Origin: an uncultured Atopobium sp.
Lineage (GTDB): Bacteria > Actinomycetota > Coriobacteriia > Coriobacteriales > Atopobiaceae
Length of the DNA stretch: 64,000 nucleotides
Direction of reading: 5' to 3'
NCBI GenBank assembly: GCA_938041635.1
Contig: CALIAD010000047.1
Span: 2,663 to 66,662 of the forward strand
In this document: positions 26,954 through 37,774 of the stretch, piece after piece
Layout of the letters: every line of letters begins with the position of its first letter
Position numbering within the stretch: the stretch's first letter is position 1
Notes under the pieces: model-generated
The model's input: only the letters and a program-made list of their open reading frames with translations
Told to the model about the DNA's origin: nothing
Database searches by the model: none
Position numbers and translations under genes: made by a program

Positions 26954-28753
26954 GTGAGTACGCAGAATCGACATACTCGCGCATCGCGCAGAAAAACTCC
27001 GGAGGCCTCGTACGACGAGGCCTCTCGTGTGCATTTTCGTGGTCATCGTGGTAGCAGCGGTGGCTCGGATGGTGTTGGCCCTGAAGGTAGACTCCGTCGC
27101 GTAGCAGCTGCTATGGCCATTATGGTGGCAATTGTTGTTCTTAGGCTTGCTTGGCTGCAAATCTTTACGGCAGCAGATCTTGCAAAGGGAGCCGAGAATA
27201 ACCGCACCAACGATATTGTCTTGCACGCTCGTCGCGGCACCATTTACGACCGCAACGGCAATGTCTTAGCCATGAGCGTTGACTGCAAAGACATCTATGC
27301 CAATCCTTCAGAGATTAAAGACGCAAGCTCCGTAGCTCAGGTTTTTGCCTCGTTCTTAGGCGGAAGCCCTTCAGACTACCTTGGAGACCTGCAGCAAGAC
27401 ACAACATTTGTCTACGTGCGTCGTCGTGTTGACACTGATACTGCTTCTAAGATTGAAAAAGCACTTGACGAGAAAAACCTCAAGGGCGTCTATTTTGTTA
27501 ATAACACCAAGCGTGTCTATCCCTATGGCAACGTTGGCGTTCAGATTCTGGGCTTTGTAAACGCAGACAACGAGGGCGCTTCTGGCCTTGAGTATTACTA
27601 CAACGATATCCTTGCAGGTACTAATGGTCACATGATTGTTGAGACCGGAGCTGGTGGTACGCCAATTGCTGGCGGCACATCAAATATTACTGAGGCACAA
27701 AATGGACAGGACATTGTTCTTTCCATTGACATTGAGCTGCAGAAGAAGGCGGAAGAGCAGCTTACTGCCGCAGTTAAAGACATTGAAGCCCAGCAGGGTG
27801 GCTCAATCATGGCTATGAATCCTCGTACCGGAGAAATCTATGCCGCTGCTTCGTACCCTCTGCCAGATTTTAAGAGCGATAACGGCGTTGACTACGAATC
27901 CCTCAACCTCAAGCTCGTCTCAAGTATCTATGAGCCTGGCTCGGTATTTAAGGTAATTACCACCTCAATTGGTGTAGACAACAACCTCTTTGGTCCGAAT
28001 TCAACCTTCAACATTCCAACCGAGCTCAAGGTTGGCGATAACAAGGTTACCGACGATGATTGGCGTACCAGCGCCATGGACATGAGCGTAAGAGAGATGC
28101 TCAGACGTTCCTCTAACGTTGGTATGGCCTTCCTCGAGACGCAGCTCATAGGTGATGAGCGTTTTGCAGCAGGAATTGATAAGTTTGGTATAGGTCACAC
28201 CACAGGCATTGACTTCCCTGGTGAGGCCACAGGAATTGTCCGCTCTCTGGACGAATATGAAGGTCCAACCGGCGGAAACATGGCGTTTGGCCAGGGTCTT
28301 GCAATTCCATTTATCCAGGTCATTCGCGCATATACCGCTGTTGCTAATAAGGGAACTATGGTGACTCCACACTTTATGGTTTCTAAGGGCGGTCAAGAGG
28401 TTACCTGGCCTACTAAAGACGTTATTTCCGCCTCCACAGCTTCGGCCGAGCTTGACATGATGACCACCGTTGTCAAAGAGGGTACCGGTGTTCGTGCAGG
28501 TATCTATGGCTATACTGTTGCTGGTAAAACAGGTACGGGCCAGCAGGTTGTGGAAGAAACCGGCTCGTATGGCGAGAATTCCGGTTTTGTTGCTTCCTTC
28601 TGCGGTATCGTGAATCCATCAGAATCTGATTTGATGGTTTACGTTGGACTTAACGATACCCACCAGCTTGCATCGCAGTCTGCCGCTGTGGTCTTCTCGC
28701 AATTTGCAAAAGACGCAGCTACACGCCTTAATATTCAACCAATCAATAACTAG
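26954..28753 (+). CDS. ftsI: Class B penicillin-binding protein (FtsI-type transpeptidase)
   Basis: It has an N-terminal TM helix and a PBP dimerisation domain. The transpeptidase motifs are SVFK, SSN and KTGT. The start is GTG. Confidence 0.9.
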   Translation: MSTQNRHTRASRRKTPEASYDEASRVHFRGHRGSSGGSDGVGPEGRLRRVAAAMAIMVAIVVLRLAWLQIFTAADLAKGAENNRTNDIVLHARRGTIYDRNGNVLAMSVDCKDIYANPSEIKDASSVAQVFASFLGGSPSDYLGDLQQDTTFVYVRRRVDTDTASKIEKALDEKNLKGVYFVNNTKRVYPYGNVGVQILGFVNADNEGASGLEYYYNDILAGTNGHMIVETGAGGTPIAGGTSNITEAQNGQDIVLSIDIELQKKAEEQLTAAVKDIEAQQGGSIMAMNPRTGEIYAAASYPLPDFKSDNGVDYESLNLKLVSSIYEPGSVFKVITTSIGVDNNLFGPNSTFNIPTELKVGDNKVTDDDWRTSAMDMSVREMLRRSSNVGMAFLETQLIGDERFAAGIDKFGIGHTTGIDFPGEATGIVRSLDEYEGPTGGNMAFGQGLAIPFIQVIRAYTAVANKGTMVTPHFMVSKGGQEVTWPTKDVISASTASAELDMMTTVVKEGTGVRAGIYGYTVAGKTGTGQQVVEETGSYGENSGFVASFCGIVNPSESDLMVYVGLNDTHQLASQSAAVVFSQFAKDAATRLNIQPINN

Positions 28754-28761
28754 GAGAGCTC

Positions 28762-30198
28762 ATGGTTAAGCTTTCGGTTGAACAGATAGTCGCAGCTACT
28801 CATGCTCAGCTGCTTCACCGCGGAACCCGCGAGGTTGCTGGTTCAGCAGTCATTGACTCCCGTGAGGTTCAGAAGGGCTCGCTCTTCGTGGCCTTCGCTG
28901 GCGAGAAGGTCAATGGAAACTCCTATCTCTTATCTGCTGCCCAGGCGGGCGCTGCTGTTGTTGTGGCATCTGAGCCTGTAGCAGACAATCTGCTCGACAA
29001 CCTGGCCGCCACAGGAGTCAGCGTTCTTGAAGCCGCTGACGATGACTGTGAGGCGTTTCTGCTGGCTCTTGCCGCTGCTTGGCGAGAAGCCCATCCAAAT
29101 TGGCTGGTTGTAGGTGTAACCGGATCAGTTGGTAAAACTACTACCAAAGAAATGCTTCGTCGTGGCATCGGCGCTACCCGCCGTGTGCATGCTACCGCCG
29201 GTAACCACAACAACCTTATTGGCCTGCCACTTACGGTACTTTCTACTCCAGAGGATACCGAGGTGCTTGTGCTTGAGCTGGGCATGAATCACGCCGGCGA
29301 GATTACCAGGCTCACCTCGGTTGCTCGTCCAACAGTGGCAGTCATTACCAACGTTGGTACCAGCCACATTGGTCTTCTCGGCAGCAGAGAAAACATTGCG
29401 CGCGCCAAGGCAGAGATTGTCTCGGGCATGCGCGCATTTGACTCAATTGAACCTACGCTTATTCAGGCTTCGGCGGGGGACTACACCAAGTTCATTGCAG
29501 ATGAGTTTGCTCGCCCTGCTTGCGTTGTTTGCAAGACAGTGGGCGCCACAGAAGCTGACGTCATGAGCGCACAGCAGGTCACTCTTGACGAAGAGGGCCT
29601 CCCAACTGCCACTATATTTGCTGCATCTGGCTGGTCACGCACGGTAACCCTTGAGGTACCAGGGCGCGTTGTTGTCGACGACCTTCTTTTGGCACTTGAG
29701 GCTATAGAGACGCTTGGTCTTGACCTTGACGCTGCTGCAGAGGCTATTGAGCAAATGCCTGCCACTCGTATGCGTCTTTCGGTTCTTGACGCAACCTGTG
29801 GTGCCAAGATTATTGACGATTCTTACAACGCAAGCCCTAACTCAACAGCTGCAGCGCTTGACGTGTTGATGCAGATGCCAGCGGAGGGTCGCCGTATTGC
29901 TCTTATCGGAGAGATTGGCGAGCTTGGACCAGAGGAGAAGCGCCTCCACGGTTATGTGGGTGCTTACATTGCCGCTAAGAACCCAGATCTTGTTGCCTTT
30001 GTTGGCACGGGAGCCGCGCGTGAAATGGTTGAAGCTGCACGCGTCATGGGTTTCTCGGAAGATAAAATTGAACAGTTCAGCGATGTCAACGAAGCACTTA
30101 CCGTGCTCGGACCAGTACTTGCGCAAGGAGACGTTCTTCTCGCCAAGGCATCTAGGTCTGCTCAGCTTGATATTTTTGTAAAAGGAGTTACCGAGTAA
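28762..30198 (+). CDS. murF: UDP-N-acetylmuramoyl-tripeptide--D-alanyl-D-alanine ligase
   Basis: GVTGSVGKTTTKEM and DDSYNASPNS are MurF-type motifs rather than MurE-type. Confidence 0.9.
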   Translation: MVKLSVEQIVAATHAQLLHRGTREVAGSAVIDSREVQKGSLFVAFAGEKVNGNSYLLSAAQAGAAVVVASEPVADNLLDNLAATGVSVLEAADDDCEAFLLALAAAWREAHPNWLVVGVTGSVGKTTTKEMLRRGIGATRRVHATAGNHNNLIGLPLTVLSTPEDTEVLVLELGMNHAGEITRLTSVARPTVAVITNVGTSHIGLLGSRENIARAKAEIVSGMRAFDSIEPTLIQASAGDYTKFIADEFARPACVVCKTVGATEADVMSAQQVTLDEEGLPTATIFAASGWSRTVTLEVPGRVVVDDLLLALEAIETLGLDLDAAAEAIEQMPATRMRLSVLDATCGAKIIDDSYNASPNSTAAALDVLMQMPAEGRRIALIGEIGELGPEEKRLHGYVGAYIAAKNPDLVAFVGTGAAREMVEAARVMGFSEDKIEQFSDVNEALTVLGPVLAQGDVLLAKASRSAQLDIFVKGVTE

Positions 30199-31229
30199 TG
30201 TTTTACCAGACTATTTACCCAACATACCAGGTGTTTGTTGCGCTTGGTGTCTCCTGCATCATCACTTTGGTCTTAATGCCACTCTTTATCAAACTGATGA
30301 AGAAAGAAGGAGTTGGTCAGCAGGTTCGCGCTGACGGCCCTCAGCAACACCTGGTCAAGCAGGGAACTCCTACTATGGGCGGCGTCGTTATGCTGGTAAG
30401 CATTGTGCTGACCTGTATTGCACTTGCTCAGTGGAACACCGACCTCATTCTTGCCATGGCAGCGATGCTGCTCACAGGCTCGCTTGGTCTTCTGGACGAT
30501 ATCGAGTCTGTTGCCCACGGTAGAAGCCTTGGTCTCACCGCATCTCAGAAGATGGCTGGACTCATTACTATCTCTGTGGCATTTTGCCTGGCAGCAGTTA
30601 ACATTTGGGGCATTACGCCCATTATTGCGTTCCCCGGTGGCCTTGATATCAATCTGGGTATCCTTACTACTACCGTCAATTTAGGCGGAAACATTATTTC
30701 TATCCCTTGGCTGTATCTTTTCTTTGTCTTTTTGCTCATGGCAGGCCTCTCCAACGCTGTTAACCTGACTGACGGCCTTGATGGCCTGGCTGGTGGCTGC
30801 GTTATGGTTGTCATGATTTTTATGGCTGCGGTAGCTTTCCGCTATGGCGAGAGTAGCCTTGCTGTTTTTGCCGCATCTATCGCAGGCGCTTGTATTGGTT
30901 TTTTGTGGTTTAACAGCTATCCTGCAAGCATTTTTATGGGAGACACCGGCTCTCTTGCCTGGGGCGCTGCCTTTGCGGCCCTGGCCGTTCTTACCAAGAC
31001 CGAGGTAATTTCCCTGGTCATGGGCGGTCTTTTTATCATCGAGGCACTGTCCGTTATCATTCAGGTTGTCAGCTACAAGGCAACTAAAAAGCGCGTATTC
31101 TTGATGGCTCCACTGCACCATCATTTTGAGAAACTTGGCTGGAACGAGACAAAAGTAGTCTTTAGATTCTGGATTATTTCCGGCGCATTTGCTGCTCTGG
31201 GCTTTGCTCTGTACTTCCAGCTTCACTAA
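30198..31229 (+). CDS. mraY: Phospho-N-acetylmuramoyl-pentapeptide transferase
   Basis: It has 10 hydrophobic segments and the motifs PTMGGV and NAVNLTDGLDGLAGG. The ATG overlaps the murF stop. Confidence 0.95.
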   Translation: MFYQTIYPTYQVFVALGVSCIITLVLMPLFIKLMKKEGVGQQVRADGPQQHLVKQGTPTMGGVVMLVSIVLTCIALAQWNTDLILAMAAMLLTGSLGLLDDIESVAHGRSLGLTASQKMAGLITISVAFCLAAVNIWGITPIIAFPGGLDINLGILTTTVNLGGNIISIPWLYLFFVFLLMAGLSNAVNLTDGLDGLAGGCVMVVMIFMAAVAFRYGESSLAVFAASIAGACIGFLWFNSYPASIFMGDTGSLAWGAAFAALAVLTKTEVISLVMGGLFIIEALSVIIQVVSYKATKKRVFLMAPLHHHFEKLGWNETKVVFRFWIISGAFAALGFALYFQLH

Positions 31230-31258
31230 AGATATTGCTCTGAGAAAGGATCGCTTGC

Positions 31259-32662
31259 GTGTCGCTTCTAGAAACACTTGGAAATGTATGTGTTCTTGGT
31301 TTTGGTAAGACCGGCGTCTCTGTCTGCACGTATTTGCTGCAGCAGCCAGAGGGTCGTGTGTCTTCCGTAACTCTTGTGGGCGGCGCAGATGCTACTGTTG
31401 GTGAGAAGATCCAAGAGCTTGCAGACTCAGGCGTACAGGTACAATGCGGCTCTGATCAGGTTAAGGGTACCTTTGACCTGACTATTGCATCTCCTGGTAT
31501 TCCAGACACCTCTGAGCTGTTTTTAAGTGCAAAGGCAGCTTCTAAGCAGATTATGGGCGAGCCAGAGTTTGCCTATCAAGAGAGCCCTTCACAGTGGATT
31601 GGTATTACTGGCACAAACGGTAAAACTACTACCACAAGCTTGACCACGTCTATTCTGCAGTATGCGGGTCTTGATGCAAGCGCTGTTGGCAATATTGGTC
31701 TTACTATTACTGACCAACTTGCAGAGAGAAAGCCTAAGAGCTGGTTTGTAGCAGAGCTTTCAAGCTTCCAGCTTGCTACTACTCAAAAATTGCATCCTCA
31801 CGTTGCGATGCTTTTAAACATTACGCCGGATCACCTTGAGTGGCATGGTTCACTCGAGGCGTATGCAGCAGCTAAAGAGAAGATTTTTGCCAACCTTGAT
31901 GCAAATGACCTGGCAATTGTCTCTGACTTGGATGAGTTCTGCCAAGACGTGTCTTCTCGCCTTGAGGCTCGCGGCATTGCCGTATGCCATCTTGCTCAGA
32001 CAGATCCCGGTACGCAAAATGCCGCCTTTGTACGCAATGGAGCGCTGGTGGTCAGGCTATCTGGTAAAGAGATGGAGCTTGTAGCAGCTGATGCACTCCA
32101 CATTAGGGGAGCGCACAATGCACTCAACGCTCTTGCTGCAGCTGCATGTGGCTTATTCCTGGGACTTGATATTGTTTCTATTAGGCATGCCCTGTTGGAC
32201 TTTATGCCGCTTGAGCACAGAATTGAGCCAGTTGATACGGTTAATGGTGTTTTGTACGTTAACGATTCCAAAGCAACAAACACTGATTCAGTTGAAAAAT
32301 CATTAACTTCGTTCCCAGGTAAAGACGTTATTTTGCTACTTGGTGGTCACGATAAGGGCACAGAGCTTGATGAGTTTGCTCAGAAGGTGTCCGCTACCTG
32401 TGCATACGCAATCTGCTTTGGAGAGGCAGGTCCTCGCTTTGCAGAGGCGCTTCGCCGCGTTTCTTGCAGCCATGCAGAAGTGGTAGAAGAGCCTCATATG
32501 CATGAAGCTTTTGACCGTGCGGTAGAGCTTGCTCGTCCAGGTTCTGTAGTGCTTCTCTCACCAGCATGTTCCTCATTTGACGAGTTCACAGGCATGGCTC
32601 AGCGTGGTCGTGTCTTTAAACAGCTGGTGGCAGATCTTGCTCAAAAAGAGAGCGGTCGATAA
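31259..32662 (+). CDS. murD: UDP-N-acetylmuramoylalanine--D-glutamate ligase
   Basis: GITGTNGKTTTTS and NDSKATN are present. The start is GTG. Confidence 0.9.
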   Translation: MSLLETLGNVCVLGFGKTGVSVCTYLLQQPEGRVSSVTLVGGADATVGEKIQELADSGVQVQCGSDQVKGTFDLTIASPGIPDTSELFLSAKAASKQIMGEPEFAYQESPSQWIGITGTNGKTTTTSLTTSILQYAGLDASAVGNIGLTITDQLAERKPKSWFVAELSSFQLATTQKLHPHVAMLLNITPDHLEWHGSLEAYAAAKEKIFANLDANDLAIVSDLDEFCQDVSSRLEARGIAVCHLAQTDPGTQNAAFVRNGALVVRLSGKEMELVAADALHIRGAHNALNALAAAACGLFLGLDIVSIRHALLDFMPLEHRIEPVDTVNGVLYVNDSKATNTDSVEKSLTSFPGKDVILLLGGHDKGTELDEFAQKVSATCAYAICFGEAGPRFAEALRRVSCSHAEVVEEPHMHEAFDRAVELARPGSVVLLSPACSSFDEFTGMAQRGRVFKQLVADLAQKESGR

Positions 32663-34188
32663 TGGCTACCAGCAGAAACAAAACAGGGGAGCGCGCGCAG
32701 CAACCACGTACTTCTCGCCAGAAATCTTCCGAGGGCTCGCAGACTAAAGGCCGCTTTGGTGCTATTCCAGAGCGTTTTATGCAGCCTCGTCTGGTGCTTC
32801 TGGTGTCAACGGCTATTCTGGTGTGCTTTGGCCTGGTTATGATTTATTCTGCATCCTCGATTTCTGCAATGACTTCTGAGGATATGGGCTACAACCCCTT
32901 CTACTACGTGCAGCGTCAGCTTGGCTTTGCTGCGGCGGGAGTTGCGTTAGCGTTTATTGTTTCTCGCATTGACTACCGCGCAGTAGTAAGAAACTTCCAG
33001 GTACCTATCTGGATTGTGACCATTGGAATGCTAGCAATTATTTTTACTCCTATTGCTGGCGCTGACGCATATGGTGCAACCCGTTGGATTTCAATTGGAC
33101 CGTTTTCTTTCCAGCCGTCTGAGTTTGCAAAGATTACCATCTTAATTTCTGTCTCGTATTTGGCTCAGCAGTACTTTATTGATCAGACCATAGATCAGAT
33201 GGAGTTCTTTAAAAAGTTTGCTATTGCCGCAGTTGTTCCGCTTGCTTTAATTTTGGCTCAGCCAGATAAGGGTTCCACGCTGATTATTGTGGGAACGCTT
33301 CTGGTCATTGGCTATCTTTCTGACTTTGATCGAAGAGTTCTGGTAACTATTGCTGTTGTGGGTTTTATTGGCTTTGCCTTCTTATCTCTTAAAGATGATT
33401 ATTCTCGTGCTCGCGTTGTGACTATGTTCAACCCTTGGGCTGATTATTACGGTGCAGGTTATCAGCTTGCACAGGGCTTTTATGCTTTTGGCTCTGGCGG
33501 CATTTTTGGTGTTGGCTTTGGTTTTTCTCGCCAGAAATATTCCTATCTGCCTATGGCTCACAATGACTTTATTTTTGCGGTTATTGGAGAAGAGCTGGGC
33601 TTTATTGGCGTTTTGGGTCTTTTGGTTGTATTTGGCGCCCTGGTATGGGCAGGCTTTAAGATTGCTCGCTATGCACCAGATTTGACCGGTAGGCTTATTG
33701 CTGCAGGTTGTACCTCTATGTTTATCATCCAGGCCTTTGTTAACATCGGTGGTGTTTTGGGCCTTTTGCCTCTTTCTGGTAAGCCTCTGCCGTTTATCTC
33801 ATACGGCGGTTCAACCATCATGTCTAGTATCTTGATGGTTGGTCTTTTGATGTCTGTTTCAAGGCAGTCAAGGCTTCCAGAAACCGAGTACGATAGGCAG
33901 CGCGCTTCTTGGAGCATAGCTGAAGAGCAGGATACCTTTGATGCTCCAGGTTTTGCTGGTCTTACCATGGTTGACGGTGGGGTAGGAGTAGGCACGCCAC
34001 TCCCACGTTCTTCTCGCCCTAAGAGCAGTGCACAAAGCTCCGCGCGCCCATCACGAGGCGTTTTGCGCTCAAGAGATGACGACGCCCCTCAAGGCCGCAT
34101 TACGACAGATGCCTCCGGAAGGCGCAGGATTGATTTGGGACCTTCTGCATCGGACAGGCTTCGTGGAAACAACAGGGCTCGCCGATAG
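32662..34188 (+). CDS. ftsW: SEDS-family peptidoglycan glycosyltransferase FtsW
   Basis: The SEDS motifs QPSEFAKI and PDKGS are present in a polytopic core. It has a basic N-terminal extension and a disordered Arg/Ser-rich C-terminal extension of about 110 aa. Confidence 0.9.
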   Translation: MATSRNKTGERAQQPRTSRQKSSEGSQTKGRFGAIPERFMQPRLVLLVSTAILVCFGLVMIYSASSISAMTSEDMGYNPFYYVQRQLGFAAAGVALAFIVSRIDYRAVVRNFQVPIWIVTIGMLAIIFTPIAGADAYGATRWISIGPFSFQPSEFAKITILISVSYLAQQYFIDQTIDQMEFFKKFAIAAVVPLALILAQPDKGSTLIIVGTLLVIGYLSDFDRRVLVTIAVVGFIGFAFLSLKDDYSRARVVTMFNPWADYYGAGYQLAQGFYAFGSGGIFGVGFGFSRQKYSYLPMAHNDFIFAVIGEELGFIGVLGLLVVFGALVWAGFKIARYAPDLTGRLIAAGCTSMFIIQAFVNIGGVLGLLPLSGKPLPFISYGGSTIMSSILMVGLLMSVSRQSRLPETEYDRQRASWSIAEEQDTFDAPGFAGLTMVDGGVGVGTPLPRSSRPKSSAQSSARPSRGVLRSRDDDAPQGRITTDASGRRRIDLGPSASDRLRGNNRARR

Positions 34189-34211
34189 CTGATTTCTAGG
34201 AGATGGATTGC

Positions 34212-35345
34212 ATGGCAGAACAGAAGAAACTCTCTGTTGCAATTGCTGCAGGTGGAACCGCTGGTCACATTAACCCAGCTCTGGCCCTAGCTGAGGAGCT
34301 TCGTGAGCGTGGCCACCAGGTTACGTTTTACGGTCAGCCCAACAAGCTTGAAGGTACGCTGGTACCTGAGGCAGGATTTGAGCTTGTGCCTATCCATGTA
34401 AATGGCTTTGATCGCAGACGTCCTTGGACGCTCATCAGCGCGGCATACAATCTTGAGCGCGCAAAGATGCAGCTGCACAAGCGCTTCAAAGAGCAGGGTG
34501 CTCCTGATGTTGCTATTGGTTTTGGCGCCTATGTTGAGCTGCCTTTGCTTCAGCTTTGTGCAAAGCTACACATCCCCTATTTGATCCATGAGCAAAACTC
34601 AGTAACCGGTCTTGCTAACCGTTTATCTGCTGGTAAAGCATCTAAGGTGTGCATTGCATTCCCAGAGGCTCGTAAGGCTTTTGAGGGCCACGTAAAGGCT
34701 CAAGACACTATTGTGGTTACCGGTAATCCTGTACGTAAGAGTGTTCTTTCTGCTGACAGAGCCGCCTCGAGGCAAGAGCTGGGCATTGCAGACAACCAGA
34801 CATTGCTGCTTATCTTTGGTGGTAGCTTGGGCGCTCGCAGTATCAACGAGACGTTCGCTGCGCTTAAGCAGGAGCTTCTTGCCCGTCCTAACCTTCGCAT
34901 CATTCAGTCAACAGGTCAGAAGCTCTACGACGAGGTTGTCTCGCTTATGAAGCTTTCTGACGAGGAGGCTGCTCGCTGGGAGGTTAAGCCCTACATCTCC
35001 AACATGGGCGCCACCCTTGCTGCGGCTGACCTGGTGGTTTCTCGCTCCGGAGCATCTTCTGTGGCCGAGATTGCAGCGCTTGAGCTCCCCAGCATTTTGG
35101 TGCCGTACCCTCTAGCAACAGCAGATCATCAGACTACTAACGCACACCTGTTGTCGGATGCGGGAGCAGCTATTCTGGTGCCAGATAACCAGGTGGGCAC
35201 CACGACCTTCTCGACAGCTCTGTTTGAGCTGGTAGATAACGCGGACCAGCGCAAAAAGCTCTCCGAGGCAGCCGCTACACTTGACCAGCGCAGCGCCGCA
35301 TCTCTTGTGGCTGACGCTGTGGAAAGTGCCGTTTGTGGCGCATAA
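34212..35345 (+). CDS. murG: Undecaprenyldiphospho-muramoylpentapeptide beta-N-acetylglucosaminyltransferase
   Basis: AGGTAGHINPALALAEEL is present, with a GT28 C-terminal domain. ATG 34212 lies 10 nt after AGGAG; ATG 34203 is an alternative start. Confidence 0.9.
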   Translation: MAEQKKLSVAIAAGGTAGHINPALALAEELRERGHQVTFYGQPNKLEGTLVPEAGFELVPIHVNGFDRRRPWTLISAAYNLERAKMQLHKRFKEQGAPDVAIGFGAYVELPLLQLCAKLHIPYLIHEQNSVTGLANRLSAGKASKVCIAFPEARKAFEGHVKAQDTIVVTGNPVRKSVLSADRAASRQELGIADNQTLLLIFGGSLGARSINETFAALKQELLARPNLRIIQSTGQKLYDEVVSLMKLSDEEAARWEVKPYISNMGATLAAADLVVSRSGASSVAEIAALELPSILVPYPLATADHQTTNAHLLSDAGAAILVPDNQVGTTTFSTALFELVDNADQRKKLSEAAATLDQRSAASLVADAVESAVCGA

Positions 35346-35426
35346 CACATTCGGTTTTGCGTTAGAGTAAACATGTCTTGGTATATCCAAGACTCAAACG
35401 ATAACAATACTTGGAAAGGCTCTCTT

Positions 35427-36842
35427 ATGGCAGATTCCATGGGCGAGAAGACCATCTCGCGTGCACATTTTATTGGAATTGGTGGCGCAGGTATGAGCGG
35501 AATTGCGCTTGTTCTGCACGAGCGCGGCTGCACCGTTACTGGTTCCGATCTAAAGAGCTCGCATTATGTTAGAGAGCTTGAAGATGCAGGTATTCAGGTA
35601 AGCATCGGCCACACCGTAGCCACTATTGACGCTGTGATGCCTGATGTCATTGTTACCTCTACCGCAATCCCAGAGACAAATCCAGAGGTCATTCGCGCAC
35701 GTGAGCTTTCCATTCCTATTTGGCCTCGCGCTAAGATGCTCTCGTATTTGTCGCGCGGCCGCAAGACCATTGCTGTTGCGGGCACTCACGGCAAGACCAC
35801 CACATCTTCTATGGTTGCTACCATGTTGGACAAACTTGGTGCTGATCCATCATTTTTGATTGGTGGCGTTGTTGAGGGCTACGACACCAACGGCAAAAAC
35901 GGCAACGGTCAGTATTTTGTCTGCGAGGCGGACGAGTCTGACGGTTCGTTTATGTTCCTTAACCCTAACGTGGTTGTTGTCACCAATATTGAGGCAGACC
36001 ACCTTGACCACTACGGCTCTCTAGAGAATATCGAGAAGACCTTCTGTGAGTTTATGAGCTTGCTTGATAAGGAAGAAACTGTTGTTATCAACGGCGATAA
36101 TCCTCATTACGTTGAGCTTGCTCAGTCAACCGGCAGGCACGTAGTTACCTACGGCTTTGATTCAAGCTGCGATTTTGTTTGCACACAGGAGGAGAGAAAA
36201 GCTGGTATTGAGAATCCTCTTACCATCAAGACTCCTTCTGGTCAGACTATCTCTGTGGTACTTCCAGCTAATCCTGGTAAGCACAATGTTGCTAACGCAA
36301 CCGCTGCAATTGCCGTTGCTGATGCTCTTGGCTTTGACCTTGACCAGGCTGCAGCAGCGCTTTCGCAGTTCAAGGGCGCACGCCGTCGCTTCACGCACGT
36401 AGGTGACATTAACGGCATTACCGTTGTAGACGATTACGGTCACCATCCAACCGAGATTGCAGCAACCATGTCTGCAGCTCTTCCTCTTGGTTTTAAGCGC
36501 GTTGTTGTTGTCTTCCAGCCACATCGCTATAGCAGAACACAGGACTTGGCAGATTCGTTTGCTCACGCATTTGACGGCATTGACGTGTTGCGCGTCATGG
36601 ATGTCTTCTCCGCAGGTGAGCTTCCTATTCCAGGTGTCTCAGGCAAGACCGTCTCTTTAAGAGTTCAGGCTGCCAATACTGTTCCTGACGTGCGCTATAT
36701 CCCTTCTCGCCGCGATCTTATCGCTGACCTACTTGATACGGTTCAGCCAGGAGATCTGCTGATTACTCAGGGCGCAGGAGACGTCACTCAGATTGGTCCA
36801 ATGTTTATCCGCGCACTCAAAGAGCGTCTTCAGAGCAACTAG
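35427..36842 (+). CDS. murC: UDP-N-acetylmuramate--L-alanine ligase
   Basis: HFIGIGGAGMSGIA and GTHGKTTTSSM are present. ATG 35427 follows GGAAAGG; ATG 35373 is an alternative start. Confidence 0.9.
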   Translation: MADSMGEKTISRAHFIGIGGAGMSGIALVLHERGCTVTGSDLKSSHYVRELEDAGIQVSIGHTVATIDAVMPDVIVTSTAIPETNPEVIRARELSIPIWPRAKMLSYLSRGRKTIAVAGTHGKTTTSSMVATMLDKLGADPSFLIGGVVEGYDTNGKNGNGQYFVCEADESDGSFMFLNPNVVVVTNIEADHLDHYGSLENIEKTFCEFMSLLDKEETVVINGDNPHYVELAQSTGRHVVTYGFDSSCDFVCTQEERKAGIENPLTIKTPSGQTISVVLPANPGKHNVANATAAIAVADALGFDLDQAAAALSQFKGARRRFTHVGDINGITVVDDYGHHPTEIAATMSAALPLGFKRVVVVFQPHRYSRTQDLADSFAHAFDGIDVLRVMDVFSAGELPIPGVSGKTVSLRVQAANTVPDVRYIPSRRDLIADLLDTVQPGDLLITQGAGDVTQIGPMFIRALKERLQSN

Positions 36843-36852
36843 GACCTCTGCT

Positions 36853-37767
36853 GTGAGCTTGTTTAACGCCTATGTAAGCCTTTCTGGGGCCCTTGATGCA
36901 ACAATTAAGCAAGATGAGCCGCTAAGCCACCATACCTCCTTCAGGATTGGCGGTAAGGCGTCCCTCTTTGCTGCTGTTCACAGCCACGTGGCACTGGTGC
37001 GCGTGCTTGAGGTGCTTGCAGCTAATCGAGTTGATTGGGTGCTTCTGGGCAAGGGTTCAAACATCCTTGTCTCCGATGAAGGCTACAACGGTTGCGTTAT
37101 TGTGCTTGACGATGAGCTCTCCACCATTTCAGTTGGCGAGAATAACCTCATTACTGCAGGTGCAGGTGCGCTTACGGCACGCGTTTGCAATGAGGCCATG
37201 AAAGCAGGTCTTTCTGGTCTTGAGATGTGTGCTGGTATCCCTGGAACCATTGGTGGCGCACTTTCTATGAATGCAGGTACCAGGCATGATTGGATTGGCA
37301 AAGCCGTCCGAGATTGTGTGGTATTTAAGCCTGGCAAGGGTCTTGTACGTTATGATGCCTCTGAGATTGAGTGGGGTTATCGCTATACCACCTTTGCGCC
37401 AGACGAGATTATTCTTGAGGCAACGTTTGCGCTGACAGCATCTAATCGTCCTAAAGTTGCTCTTGGCATGGATACGCTCTTACAGCGTAGAAGAAATACT
37501 CAGCCAACTGGTCAGCTTTGCTGCGGTTCTGTTTTTAAGAATCCAGGTAGTAGGTCTGCCGGCGCGCTTATTGAAGAGTGTGGTCTTAAGGGAGCTACTG
37601 AGGGTGGCGCACAGATTTCCGATATCCATGCAAACTTTATTGTGAATACCGGCAACGCTACCGCTTCAGATGTCATTGCGCTCATGCGCAGGGCACACGA
37701 TGCCGTGCAAGAAAATTTTGACATTGATCTTCAGCCAGAGGTTAAACTTCTGGGTTTTGGGGCATAG
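36853..37767 (+). CDS. murB: UDP-N-acetylenolpyruvoylglucosamine reductase
   Basis: The FAD-binding motif HTSFRIGGKA and the motif GSVFKNP are present. I chose GTG 36853, just after the murC stop. The ORF-track start at 36793 overlaps murC. Confidence 0.9.
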   Translation: MSLFNAYVSLSGALDATIKQDEPLSHHTSFRIGGKASLFAAVHSHVALVRVLEVLAANRVDWVLLGKGSNILVSDEGYNGCVIVLDDELSTISVGENNLITAGAGALTARVCNEAMKAGLSGLEMCAGIPGTIGGALSMNAGTRHDWIGKAVRDCVVFKPGKGLVRYDASEIEWGYRYTTFAPDEIILEATFALTASNRPKVALGMDTLLQRRRNTQPTGQLCCGSVFKNPGSRSAGALIEECGLKGATEGGAQISDIHANFIVNTGNATASDVIALMRRAHDAVQENFDIDLQPEVKLLGFGA

Positions 37768-37774
37768 GGAAGAT